From: Octopus vulgaris
Lineage: Eukaryota
NCBI GenBank assembly: GCA_951406725.2
Contig: OX597817.1
Coordinates: 50,530,001 to 50,594,000, forward strand
Direction of reading: 5' to 3'
Length of the DNA stretch: 64,000 nt
This document shows, piece by piece, positions 27,956 through 41,021 of the stretch. The stretch's first letter is position 1. Each line of letters starts with the position of its first letter. The translations under genes were made by a program, and so were the position numbers. The notes under the pieces were generated by a model that saw only the letters and a list, made by a program, of their open reading frames with translations, ran no database searches and was not told where the DNA came from.

Positions 27956-28173
27956 CCGATGCCCGGTCGAGTAAGAGGGCGCCGCGGCGCACATGGAAGC
28001 CACGGGTGTACATCTTGGTGGTAATAGCAAATGTTCGAACGAGACCTTCGAAGACCGAAGTGGACAAGGGCTCCATGCCAACGGCGGTCGAGCACGGGTC
28101 ACTCGGTCCTAAGAAGCGGGCGAAAGCTTCTACGAAAGGCGCCGGAACCGTGTTGTTGGGAGGCAAGCCTCTT
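27956..28173 (+). pseudogene. 28S rRNA fragment (D6-D7 region)
   Basis: catcttggtggtaatagcaaatgttcgaacgagaccttcgaagaccgaagtggacaagggctccatg...gggtcactcggtcctaag aligns to conserved LSU GATCTTGGTGGTAGTAGCAAATATTCAAACGAGAACTTTGAAGGCCGAAGTGGAGAAGGGTTCCATG. Confidence 0.9.
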
Positions 28174-28889
28174 ACCTTACAGCCACGACTGAGTTATATA
28201 CAATTATATTTGTATAGTGGAAAATTCTTTACAATATTATAATGATGTCAACACCATATTTTTACTATTTTGTTTCGTGTGCAGTGATATTAATGTGCTA
28301 CATTATTTCCTTCTAAATGCATAGTAAGGAGAACCTAACATATATGCGAGTCTGATGCATGAATTTCAGATATAATGTTTGCATTGCCATTAACATTATA
28401 TTTTGTATTAGGTTTGTATAGATTTCATCAGATTGGAGCCTGTTTCTATCAACGTAAAATCGCACATTTAGAAACCACAAACATACATGTGACAACCAAC
28501 GTAACGTGAAATTTTCAAAGTAAGAGATCTGCCGTTAAATGGCAGAAATGATTGTAAGTTTCTTGTGTTACACCAGACTGTGATTTCAGGGGAAAAACTT
28601 TATATTCTCGGTATTTACAGTGGTTGATATACTTCATTATGTTTTACCAGTTTCTTTCGCTGAATTCTAATATTGACTGCTTGAGGGCCTGTCTACGTCG
28701 TTATCTTTTCTTGTGCTAATTCGTAAGCTGTTCTCTTTTTCCATATGTCGACGTCGTTGTTATGTCGATTTTCGATTTTCAGATATTGGTGATGTACTTT
28801 TTCTACATACAGTCTCCTACTGTTTTTGCTGTCTATTACATATTTCCATTTCTTTTCCAGCATGGTGAATTGCTATAAACATACATAAG

Positions 28890-28921
<32 letters not shown>

Positions 28922-28923
28922 AC

Positions 28924-28954
<31 letters not shown>

Positions 28955-29399
28955 CATATATACATACGTATATATGCTTATAAATATATATATATATATA
29001 TAAATACATATATATATAGATATGCATACATATATATATATATATATATGCATATATATATACATATATATATAGATAGATAGATAGATACATATGCATA
29101 TATATATATATATACATTTATATGCATAAATACACACGCACACACACATATATATATATATATACACATATATATACATATATATATATATATGTGTGTT
29201 TGTATTTATGTATGCATATATATATAAACGTTTTTGTCTATGTGTGTGTATATCTGCGTATATGTCTGTGTATGTATGTGTGTGTCTGTGTAACTTGTGT
29301 ACGTAACTGAAAAAAAAAAAACAACGACAACCTGCGAGATATATTTACGTGTGAAGTCAACAAACAGTAACGGCAACCCAACAGAGAAAAACACACATA

Positions 29400-29700
29400 A
29401 AACAGAGCTTCAAGCTCGATCCACAGGAACAGAAACTTAATGAAGCCATTGTAATTTGTAGAATGGATAAGACCAACGGGATCAGTAAGTTTGATAATGA
29501 TGAATATGCTACGTAAATAAATGATCAGAAGCTCATGAAAATGAAGATATTTAATACAGTTTAACTAAAATTAAGTTGAATAATTAATTACTACCTCTAA
29601 AGCTTGAATAATTCGTACCCTCCTGATAATATTCTCTGATCCCAAATTTAGCAAATCACCGTACCCACACATTAATCGGCCAAAGTCTTGAAACATAATG
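29400..29700 (+). mobile_element. Possible decayed PLE RT N-terminal relic
   Basis: NEAIVICRMDKTNGISKFDNDEY resembles the PLE I.I..ADKGN.VV..D motif; heavily degenerate. Confidence 0.3.
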
Positions 29701-30099
29701 TACAAATATTTATTTAACAAAATAGAGTATTCAAACGGCTGATGTATTTATAGAAATTCTATAGAAAAGTGACAATTTTGGCAAAACTTTCCAATATGTT
29801 TTATCGAGTGTCTTTTTGCCAGCGCCAAAGAAACGGAAACTATCAATGAATACATTGGACAGAGTGTACATACATTGTAAAAGGACTAGTAGCTATTGCA
29901 CGAAATATTATGTAAAAGTTTCTGATATCCTGTATAACAGAAGTCGCCTTCCACTCTCCATAAGGTAATCCATACATGAAACGATGGTGTGGTTACAGGT
30001 TTCTCCCTCGGGCACACAGGCACAGCATTCTACTTGGCGAATATGGAAAACAAGGTCGTCTTCAATCGAAATCTCATTATTCCTTAAGTCGGGACAAGT

Positions 30100-30398
30100 G
30101 TGAAGGCACATGGCCTAGTGGTTAGAGCAGCGGACTCGTGGTCAAGGGATCGCGGCTTCAAATTCAGGACGGGCGGTGTGTGTGTTTATGAGCGAAACAC
30201 CTATGCTCCACGCGGCTCCAGCAGAAGGCGAATGGTGAACTTCTGCTGACTCTTTCGCCACAACTTTCTCTCACTCTTTCCTCCTGCATCTTGCAGCTCA
30301 CCTGTGACGGACCGGCGCCCCGTTCAGGTGGGGAACCTATACGCCAAGGAAACCGGGAAACCGGCCCTTATGAGCCAGGCATGGCTTGAGAAGGAACA
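30100..30398 (+). mobile_element. SINE family B with tail ...gaaaccgggaaaccggcccttatgagccaggcatggct
   Basis: tRNA-like head tggcctagtggttagagcagcggactcg; tail shared with the 1115, 41737 and 57300 copies. Confidence 0.8.
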
Positions 30399-32349
30399 AG
30401 TTGGGATCATATGAAAGGAAACAAATTCAAGAATGGAACAGTATTTAGAGTTGCTAGAAATGGTAAAATGTTGGCGGAAAAGTTTATACGAATTCAACCA
30501 GAATATGAACACAACACAAAAATACTCAGCTCTTGAAAATGAGCCTGTGAAAGTCTCGAAGCGTCGATAAAAGAAACTAAGAAACTTTCTCATTCGGAAC
30601 TAGCTGTAAAATGGTATAAAATATGAAAAAAATCTAGAACAAATTATTCAACTTGAACACAATCGCAGAGTTAATCAAGCACGCGCTCACACGCGCGCAA
30701 ACACGCGCACACATGCTCAGACACACACACACACACAAAACACAGAAAACAAACAAACACACAAGCACACACATACGCATATACAGAGTCATAGCGGAAG
30801 TGGAAGGAAAAAGCAAGATATCATTGAAAGATGTTAGTGATATCATAAATTTAAAGTTGAGATCATAAATTTAAAGATGAGCAGGACAAGAGTGGGTGCA
30901 GGAATAATAAACATACTGAATTAAGTAAACTGGGAAACACTGCGGAACAAAAATGGAAGGACTAAGAATATTGCAATGAATTTAGAATATGAATATTATC
31001 ATTTTCTTTTTTTAATGTGATGTTTGAATATTTATAAAAAGAAGAAAAAAACCCTCGTGAGTTAATCTAATAATCTTGTCAATCAAATTCAAATCTCTTA
31101 AATCATTAGTATTTAAGTTTCTGCAAATGTTTAATTATTTCTTAAAGAAAAAAAATATCTTCGGCTGCAATATTTTTAAGCTTCCACTTTTTTCGTGAAT
31201 TAGATTCAATTAACGCCTGCATCAGTATTTTCTCTACTAGGTCACTCTTTTTTTCTTTTGCAGGCAAAGCTGTATTTTTGTAATCAAAAATCATTAAATT
31301 TATTAATAAAATTACCATACATAATATCCAATGTATTTAAAATTTGAATTTCAAGTAAATCTTTCATTTTCGTACAGAAAAATATAATAAAGCATATTTG
31401 ACTGAAACCATAACGAAGTAAGTGAAATTCTCGTAAAAGCAAATTTTATGTAAATGAATTTATGCACAACAAGCAGTAGAGAAATGGACGAACAAAGGAC
31501 GAACAGTTTGAGCGTGTTTGCTTAAAGATCAAATACTCAATAAAGTAATAAATAATTTGGCGAAAACTAACAATGAAGCCAAAAATTGAGAGGATGATAC
31601 ATAAGATTAATGTAGAAATCAAACATACGCCTGCAAATAAAAGATCACAGAACATGCGAAGATAATGGCATAATAATAACAAATGATAAATGTCAATAGC
31701 AATAAACCTACGTAAGGCAAGAGGTTTTTTTAAAGCTGTAGATACACACATAGGTATTCTTTCATAGTTTGTGGCTGCATCTCTGATTTGACAGCAGAGA
31801 GGATTTCTTAAACAGAATTTTTTATAATAAGACTTATTTTATATACGATCATCTGCTGATAGTGTAAGTTTTTTTGGTTTCATAACGATCTTATAACTAA
31901 AGCAATTTTGACGAGATGGCCACACATAGATTAATCCCATTAACCTCTTCTATTTGAGCTTAAAAATCACAAAACTGTAATGATATGAATGCAATGACGC
32001 AGTTATAATAATCAAATGGCTACTAACACTCTGTGATTGCTTGCTTATGTGCTTGCGTACTTGTCTGTAATTTAATACAGCCAAACCGGCGCATAATAGG
32101 AAAATGCTTTGAATGTTTCGCGTAAATCAGACCACGGATTCCCGAGATACGCAGGGTGCCTTCATAAATAGCCAAAACTATGCATAATTTGAAAATATTC
32201 CGAAAGTAACATAGCCCTGAAATGGTAATATTAAATACTGTGGAAATTGTTCCCATTAATTTTATGCTTACGTTATATAAAATTCCTATGGCATTTTTGT
32301 GCACATATCCCATAAATAAATACCGTTACTGGAATACCTAAAGAATTAG

Positions 32350-32488
32350 CAGACGCTCAGAGAAGGAAAGAAAGGTGGTTATACGTTTCGAGCAAACCTC
32401 TTCTTCAGAAACAGAGGAAAGTCCAATAGAAAAGGAAGATGGAGGAAATAAAATCGTCAACGATTCACATGTGGTTACATTTAATATG
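32350..32488 (-). mobile_element. Short PLE-type module with minimal hammerhead (32378-32412)
   Basis: Minus strand gttt-CTGAAGA-A-GAG-gtttg-CTC-GAAAC-GT-A-taac; homologous to 19380-19490. Confidence 0.65.
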
Positions 32489-32542
32489 TATATATATATC
32501 TATATATATATATATATATACATATTAAATGTAACCACATAT

Positions 32543-32582
<40 letters not shown>

Positions 32583-32669
32583 CCCTACCCACTCATATAT
32601 ATGCATACATATATATGAATGTGAGTGTATTTATACACGTTAAGATATCATCAAAGACTGCGCAATAAT

Positions 32670-33050
32670 TCCACTGGGTAGCACCTTGTGCAAGGGTCTT
32701 CGACTATAACCTAGTGCCGAGTAAGAACTTGTAAGTGGATTTTATAGGAGGGAACTGAAAGAATCCCGACGTATATATGTATATGTGCGTGTGTTTGTTT
32801 GCGTGTGTATGTGTGTGTTTGTGTGTGTGTGTGCCTGCGTGAGCATTTCTGCCTGTGTTTTCCCCACTCCCGATTGACAACTGGCGATAGTGTGTATACA
32901 TCTTCGTAACCTAGAGATTCGGCAAGCGGAGTCGACAGAAAAAATACCAGGCTTTAAAACAGCATTGGGGTCGATTCAATCGATTACAGATTCTTGAAGG
33001 TGGTGCACCAGCGTGGCCGCAGTATAATGCCTGAGACAAGTAAAAGGTAA
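32670..33050 (+). mobile_element. SINE family A, old degenerate copy
   Basis: gcaccttgtgcaagggtctt...ggtggtgcaccagcgtggccgcag...gtaaaag. Confidence 0.7.
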
Positions 33051-33651
33051 AAGCTATGCATGTATGCATGTACATATGTATATCCGAACCTTTTTCGCTT
33101 TCACAAACAACTAAATACAACATTAGAATCATTTACATATCAATGCATATTTGTACATACATATAAAAAAACAGCACATATGCAGAAGCACAACAACATT
33201 CATAAAGATGGCGTAGTGTAACATATTTTAGGAGCATTGCAATGGATCCCGAGAAATGATATTCTACTATGCAAACAGTAAAACACAAGGCTGCAATCTT
33301 ACATTATATTATTTAAACTGTACGATCTATATTGAGTATTTTCACATAATTACGTACAGGCAATTTGAATCTCACAGGCCCAAGTACAGACAAGCGTGTG
33401 AATATAGAGCCACACACGTATGTATTATGTATGCATATATATTTATATATACATATAAATATAAATATATATATAGAGAGAGATATATATAGATATAGAT
33501 AGATAAATAGATAGATATATTGGTATATATATATGTGTGGGTATGTGTGTGGTGTGTGTGTATGTACATGTTTATAACAGACTTTGAGAATGATTTAAAG
33601 TGCCTCTGGGTGCTAGTAGAGCAAATATGTTATACATACTCATACACACAG

Positions 33652-33709
<58 letters not shown>

Positions 33710-33736
33710 ACATGCATACGTATACATATATATATC

Positions 33737-33788
<52 letters not shown>

Positions 33789-33825
33789 CATATCCGTTTA
33801 TAAATATATATATATATATACATAC

Positions 33826-33860
<35 letters not shown>

Positions 33861-33865
33861 CATAC

Positions 33866-33982
<117 letters not shown>

Positions 33983-34156
33983 CAGTTTACTACTGGAGGG
34001 CACGAGAAAATTTATTAAAATATTCAGTGCAGGAAGTACAGTATAAATAAATTATTGGAACTCTGGAACTTTATGTATCTCACTTGGTCACATACTTAAA
34101 AGCTTCTGTTAACCTTGATTTTCCTTGAAAACTTTTGCTCCACGAACACACACACA

Positions 34157-34196
<40 letters not shown>

Positions 34197-34209
34197 CACA
34201 CACACACAG

Positions 34210-34260
<51 letters not shown>

Positions 34261-34264
34261 GTTA

Positions 34265-34840
34265 GCTGGCATTGCGTCGCTTACGACGACAAGGGTTCCA
34301 TTTGTAACGATCAGCGGAACAGCCTGCTTGTGAAATTAATGTGCGAGTGGCTGAGCACTCCACAGACACGCGTACCCATTCACATACTTCTCAGGGCGAT
34401 TCAGCGTGACACAGAGTGCGACAAGTCCGACCCCTTGAAATATTGGTACAACTTATTTTGCCAGCTGAATAGACTGGAACAACGTGAAATACAGTGACCT
34501 ATTTCTTTACTACCTGCAAGGGGCTAAACACAGGGTGGGGGGACAAGCAAGGACAGACAAATGGATTATGTCGATTACATCGACCCCAGTGCGTAACTGG
34601 TACTTAATTTATCGACCTCGAAAGGATGAAATGCAAAGTCGACCTCTCGACGGAATTTGAACTCAGAACGTAAAGGCAAACGAGATACGGCTACGCATTT
34701 CGCCCGGCGTGCTAACGTTTCTGCTAGCTCACCGTGAAATAAAGTGACCTGCTTAAGGATACAAAAGATGATCGGGAATAGAACTCGTGACCCTACGATC
34801 GCGGCTCTAATACCCTAATCACTAAGCCACGCGCCTTCAC
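34265..34840 (-). mobile_element. SINE family B containing a nested family C SINE (34497-34732)
   Basis: Nested insert flanked by TSD cgtgaaata(c/a)agtg at 34483-34496 and 34733-34746. Confidence 0.8.
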
Positions 34841-34982
34841 AATATATATATATATATATATATATAGATAAGAAAGTTGGTTTGTGAAAGCACGTGGGTG
34901 AATATATAGAAAATAGTAAAGAGTGAAAAAACTACAGAAGGCTTAAATGTTAAAAAATATATATATTTGCGTCAATATGTCT

Positions 34983-37155
34983 GAAGAATTTTGCAGAAAA
35001 TTAAGGCTAGCAGAAGCATCAACCAGTTTCAATACTGAAGATGAATCACTAGTCAAGAACAAAAGTGAACACATCCCACGCAGAGGAAGAAATAAAGATC
35101 TTGACGAATTCTGTAACCACATTGAGAACTTTCCCTACCATACTATACATAAACAGAAAGTTAACTCAAATTTTAACACTACACAATGGAAAGAACTGAT
35201 AGAACTTCAAAATGATGAGGATATAACCATTAAGGAAGCAGACAAGGGAAATGCAGTTGTAATAATGGATACATCATACTACAGAAATCTTGTAATTTCC
35301 TTGCTTGATGACGACCTACATTATGAAAAAATTACCAACTACACCCCACAAAAAATAATGAAAACTCTATCTTCACTAATTAAAACCTATGAAAAGGAAC
35401 TAACAACCAAAGAGATTGACTTCCTAACAAACTTTAAATGCAAACCTAGCCTTTTCTATGGTCTGCCAAAAATTCATAAAAATCAAATTATAAATGAAAC
35501 CATTAAAAATCACCAAAGACATACATACACACACCTAACCCGGGGGACCTAAAACTACGACCCATTGTAGCTGGCCCAACCTGTGAAACACACAGACTAA
35601 GTCTACTTATGGATATCCTCCTGAAACCCTTCCTTAAACATATCGATAGCCATATCAGAGATGACTTAGATATGTTAAACCACCTTCCAAAAAAAGCCAA
35701 GGAAGAAACAATCCTGGTTTCATTTGATGTAGTTAACTTATATACCAGTATACATCATAATTATGGACTGGAGGCAATACAGTTCTGGTTAGACCAATTT
35801 CCGGAAGAAATACCAAAAAGGATCAGTAAAGAATTCATTACTAAATCAATTGAATTCATCCTACACAATAACCACTTCATGTTTGACAATACATTTTACC
35901 GTCAAAAATCCGGAATTGCTATGGGTACAAGGGCAGCACCAGTCATTGCGAACTTAACAATGGGATACATGGAAATAATCATTTACCAGGAATCTTTATC
36001 AATCTTTGGAAACCCCTCTCTCGATACATAAAAGAGAATTGGAAACGATTCTTAGACGATTGTTTTATTCTCTGGAATGAAAACACAGATAAACTCCTAA
36101 AATTTAAAAACCTATTGAACAGCATAAACCCAAATATACAGTTCACAATGGAATACAACCAAAAGGAGCTCCCGTGCTTGGATATACTAATTAAAAAAAT
36201 TAACCTTAAAATAGAAACAGACATTTTTTACAAAGCCACAGACGCCAAACAATACCTTCTTTTAAATTCATGCCACCCAAGACACACTAAAACAAACATC
36301 CCCTTCAACCTTGCAAGAAGGATATGCACAATAGTGTCAGAACAAAATACCAGGAACTTTAGACTGCAAGAACTCAAAAACACCCTAATTGACAGACATT
36401 ACCCAGCTCAACTCATAGAGGATGGGATCAGACGTGCAACAGAAATCAACATAGAAACTTTAAGAAAAGTTCAACACAACAACACACCTTCCCCGAAAAT
36501 ACTACCTTACATATCTACATACAACCCCAGAAACAAAGAAGCCTTCACCGTCATCACCCAGAATTTACCAATACTTCATAAAGACCCCAAATTAAAGGAA
36601 ATTCTAAACATACACCAAATCATTAAAAGCTACAAACAGCCTAAATCACTTAAAAAAATTCTCACAAAGGCAAAATTGTCTTCTGAAATTACGGATGCAA
36701 AAGTTAAAAAATGTGGTAGATCGAACTGTGCAACATGTCCTAATCTGCTAGAAGGATCAGAATTCCTCTTTAAAGAGGGACAGAAATTCAAGATCAAATC
36801 TAACTTTATTTGTGCCTCTGAAAACATAATTTATGTCATAAAATGCTCGGGCTGCCACCAACACTACGTGGGTTCCACGGGACTATCACTCAGACGTAGA
36901 TGCTCACTGCATCGACAACAGATTGCATTCCCAGAATATAGAATGATACCTTTTAGTGAGCACATTGAGAAATGCGCAAAGCAACTACTACCACAATTTT
37001 TAATCTTTCCATTTTACCAATGTGCTTTCGGATCATCAACACAAATTAGACTAAACAAGGAAACATTCTTCATTGAAAAGTACAAGCCCAGACTCAACCA
37101 TCCGAACATACTGATACAGAGAAATTCACACCAAGGGAAAGGAAAAAATTTTTAA
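34983..37155 (+). pseudogene. PLE reverse transcriptase / GIY-YIG endonuclease ORF with two frameshifts (about 35510 and 36020)
   Basis: ADKGNAVVIMD, FYGLPKIHK, LRPIVAGP, SFDVVNLYTSI, GIAMGTRAAP, RFLDDCF (36046-36066), LDILI, SCHPRH, Cys linker CGRSNCATC, NIIYVIKCSGCHQHYVGST. Confidence 0.93.
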
Positions 37156-37264
37156 ACGATTATCTCCCTTACACCGGAAGAAATCACTCACTACCTCCCC
37201 TTATTTAGAACTCTCCGGAACATAAACATAACGATAAGTCTATTCAACATAAACATAACGTCGC

Positions 37265-37303
37265 AAGAAATTTGAAAAGCTACACGCGAAACCGGTCTTT
37301 CTT
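37265..37303 (+). ncRNA. Minimal type I hammerhead ribozyme, U3-A8 core variant, in the PLE 3' UTR
   Basis: aagaaa-t-TTGAAAA-GC-tacac-GC-GAAAC-cg-GTC-tttctt; palindromic stem III ACCGGT, GUC triplet. Confidence 0.7.
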
Positions 37304-37765
37304 TTAAATTATGTCATTATAAGAGAAAAAATTTTTTTTTTTAATTTTCTAATATTCTTCAGACATATTGACGCAAATATATATATTTTTAAACATTTAA
37401 GCCTTCTGTAGTTTTTTCACTCTTTACTATTTTCTATAATATATATATATCTATATATATATATATATATAGAATTCAATTAGAGGTTATGTTAGCCGCC
37501 TGAACGGATGTTGTAATCCCAGGAAATAATGTCCAGTAACTTAAATGTTGGGGTTCAATATCTAACTACCTGACGTGTGCAAACCACAGAAAATCTAGGA
37601 AATCAGAATAGTGAAAAAAATATAAAATGTAAAGGTGTGAGAGGTGAAAATAGATTTATTTTCCATATGGTTTCCAACTCATTACGAACGTTTTATAGCA
37701 TCTTTCATTTCGTATCATTAATTTCAGTATGTAGAATTATACGTAAATACTTGTATTAATATCTA

Positions 37766-38150
37766 TTGGGTTGTCCGGAAAGTCCGTGCCGATTTAGAGT
37801 AGCTTGCCTTTCATTTTCGTTACTTGATGCTTTGGGAACCAGACAAAAATTGCTGCAGCTCGGCTGGGATGTGTACCCCACCCATCATATTCACCAGATA
37901 TGGCTCCTTCGAATTTCCACTTATTCAGGTCTCTGCAAATTAATCTTAATGGTAAGAATTTCAATTCATTGGATGACATAAAAAGATACCTTGATGAATT
38001 GTTTGCCATGGAACCACCTCAATTCTGGGAAGAGGAGACGCATTGTGCAACAAAATGGTTCATATTTTGTTGATTAAAAACGTAATGGCAAGTAGTTATT
38101 GACCTTTTTCTTTCCTTTAAAAATCGGCACGAACTTTCAGGACAACCCAA
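37766..38150 (+). mobile_element. Internally deleted mariner transposon
   Basis: TIRs ttgggttgtccggaaagtccgtgccgattt / aaatcggcacgaactttcaggacaacccaa with TA TSDs; transposase remnant LGWDV.PHPSYSPDMAPSNFHLFRSLQ. Confidence 0.92.
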
Positions 38151-38159
38151 TATATGTAG

Positions 38160-38375
38160 CAAGGCGGTAAGGTGGCAGAATCGTTAGCAAAACGGACACA
38201 GTGCTTAGCAACATTCAGTCCGTCTTTAAATTTTTTGAGTTCAAATTCCACCGAGGTCGACTTTGATTTTCATCCCTTAGGGGTCAAGAAAATAAATACT
38301 AGTTGAGAACTGGATTGATGTAATAGACGTACCCCACCTTTTCGGAACTGTTGGCCTTCAACCAAAATCTTAAAT
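38160..38375 (+). mobile_element. SINE family C
   Basis: aaggcggtaaggtggcagaatcgttagc...gagttcaaattccaccgaggtcgactttgattttcatcc. Confidence 0.8.
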
Positions 38376-38489
38376 GGAAATATGTCTAGTTTTATGCAAT
38401 CGAAAAATACTTCCGTAAATTTAAGAAAATGAAGAACACTAATTTACCAGCACACCGCAACATCGAGGCTACATCAATGATAATACTTA

Positions 38490-38812
38490 ATCTTATATCG
38501 CCATCGAAATACAGGGCCAAATACTGCAACCGCTTTGGACTCAAGGGCCCACACCTCTTCAAATGCCTCCCAAAACACCTGAGAGGATTATATGAGATGC
38601 GTGTAGGAGTCTTCAAAACAACTTTCGGGACAACCCAATATATGTAGCAAGGCGGTAAGGTGGCAGAATCGTTAGCGCACCGGACACAGTGCTTAGCAAA
38701 TAGACATCCTCTTGTCAAGAGATTCGGATAACACTATCTCGCATCAGAAAAAAACTCAAATGAGGGCAACAATATTAAACTCATTCATTCACCAAATGCA
38801 ACATATCAAGGT
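38490..38812 (+). mobile_element. Old 3' fragment of the CR1/Jockey-group LINE, interrupted by an 80-bp local duplication
   Basis: PSKYRAKYCNRFGLKGPHLFKCLPKHLRGL..VGVFKT / IDILLSR is homologous to PSRFRTSFCNSLGFKGSQLFNIFPKSLRNL..VAVFKSKLDIFLSR at 42.5 kb. Confidence 0.75.
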
Positions 38813-39428
38813 AACTCAACACGTAAAATACCTAAAATGGCCAAATACAATTACATAGGGATCTCGGTTAGGTAAAGCAACCATAAAGATGCCAGAAGTT
38901 GGTTGGATACTGTAAATACCTAATCCAATTTAAACATTAAATCCTACTCACGCCTGGCTGTAGGTACGGCGTAGGTATAAACAAAAATGCACATGGGGCT
39001 TGGAATTTACGACGGCTGTTTCTTTTATTCGTATTATCCAACAAATTAACCATTTAGGCAACTTAATTGATAGCTTTATTATTCGTCTGGTTAAATAGTC
39101 GATCAGGCCGCTATCTCAGGGGACTTTCTTCGCTATTGACGACCTCATCACTGCCTTTGCTACTTCAAGCCGCCCAAACAGAATCAGTGCGTGTGTTTCT
39201 TCTCGCCATAACAACCCTCCAAAGATAGAGTAAAACTCGTTTCATCACACGATTTCACATCAAATATCTGACAAACCTAATACACAAAGAAATATTTACA
39301 AGAATATATTTTTGTATGTACATACGTCTCTCTCTCCTCCTCTCTTATTCTCTCTCTCTCCCCTTCTCTATGTTTGTGCGTATATATATATATATGTATA
39401 TGTATATATAGATATAAATATTTATATA

Positions 39429-39474
<46 letters not shown>

Positions 39475-39501
39475 TATACACACACACACATATATATATA
39501 G

Positions 39502-39631
<130 letters not shown>

Positions 39632-40354
39632 TATATATGTATGTATATATATATGCATACGTATAGATGCACACATATACGGGCAGCTAATGACATGCAG
39701 ACAAATGAATGAACAAACAGAGAAATTGCATATATAGAAATTGAGATTGATTTTAAAATGCATTAGGAGAATTATATTCTCGTATATACATATTGAAAAT
39801 ATGAAATGTTCCTGTAACACTCAATAATGAAAGAGCGATGTCGGAGAAGTGATAATGAATTTATGCGAATTTAGAGGCAATTTAGAGATTCTTTTTGCTG
39901 CTGTTGTTGAAAACAACTAATGCTTTTGCACATTAATGATGCTCTATGTTAATGTACGTATGAATATAAAAAAAATTACAGCAAAACGATAATAAAAAAG
40001 AGCATTATAACCGTACACATATATGTACCTGTGTGATAATATTTCTAACGACAATCACACAAATACTTGAGCAAAAATGATGTAGTCACAATTATGCTGG
40101 TAATTTAAGGAGCACATTTCCATACAGCAATTTGCAGCCAACATTCAGTTACACATACACACACACATACACACATACACACACATATATACACACATAT
40201 CTACATACAAATGCTGTGTAACTACACATTCTATATATTATTGCAAACAGAATTATACGGTACATATATACGAGCGTGTGTATGAGTAAACACGCGTGAA
40301 CTCCCACACACGCGCACGGATGCCCTCCCCACACACATATATATACATACATAT

Positions 40355-40411
<57 letters not shown>

Positions 40412-40472
40412 TATAGATATATATATGTATGTGTTTGTATGTGTGTGTATGTATGTATATATACACACATAA

Positions 40473-40508
<36 letters not shown>

Positions 40509-40908
40509 GCACATATATATGTGTGTGCGTGTACGTGTATGTGTGTGTATACAGAGAGAGAGAGAGAATTTTAGCTAAAGTATGAGATAACGTGTCCTAT
40601 AAGGTGTATATTTACATGTAACGCTTGTCACTCGTTATATATTACAAGTATTTATTCATAAATTTTATTTCAATTGTCTATCATTATACGCAAAAACACA
40701 CATATATATCTGTCTATTTGTGTCTCTGGGTTTCTGTCTATCTACCTAACTATCTATCTTTCTATCTATCAATCAAGAATTCATCTATGCTCTTTTTCTC
40801 TCTATTTCTTTCTTCCTTTCTTTCAAAAAATGGATTCATACATATTTATATTATATGAATGAAATTCTATTTTGTATAACTGCTTGACCATTTCCGTGAA
40901 TTGCGTAC

Positions 40909-40941
<33 letters not shown>

Positions 40942-41021
40942 TGTATGTATGTATGTATGTCATTGTTCAGTTTATTTCAAGATTTCTTGCCAATAGAGAT
41001 ATATGTATGTATGTATGTAGT

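Larger units (their letters stand above)
34905..37438 (+). mobile_element. Penelope-like retroelement (Neptune-like), 5'-truncated, with an inverted copy of its 3' end
   Basis: RT + GIY-YIG coding region; 85-bp inverted repeat at 34905-34989 and 37354-37438; (TA)n at both flanks; hammerhead in the 3' UTR. Confidence 0.93.

Noticed and set aside
27956-28173. Functional rRNA gene or contamination
   Set aside because: Short, internally deleted fragment embedded among host repeats.
31446-32330. Possible minus-strand host exons (AG acceptors near 31631, 32218 and 32328; hydrophobic peptide)
   Set aside because: No recognisable homology, in-frame stops and no consistent exon chain; RNA-seq would be needed.
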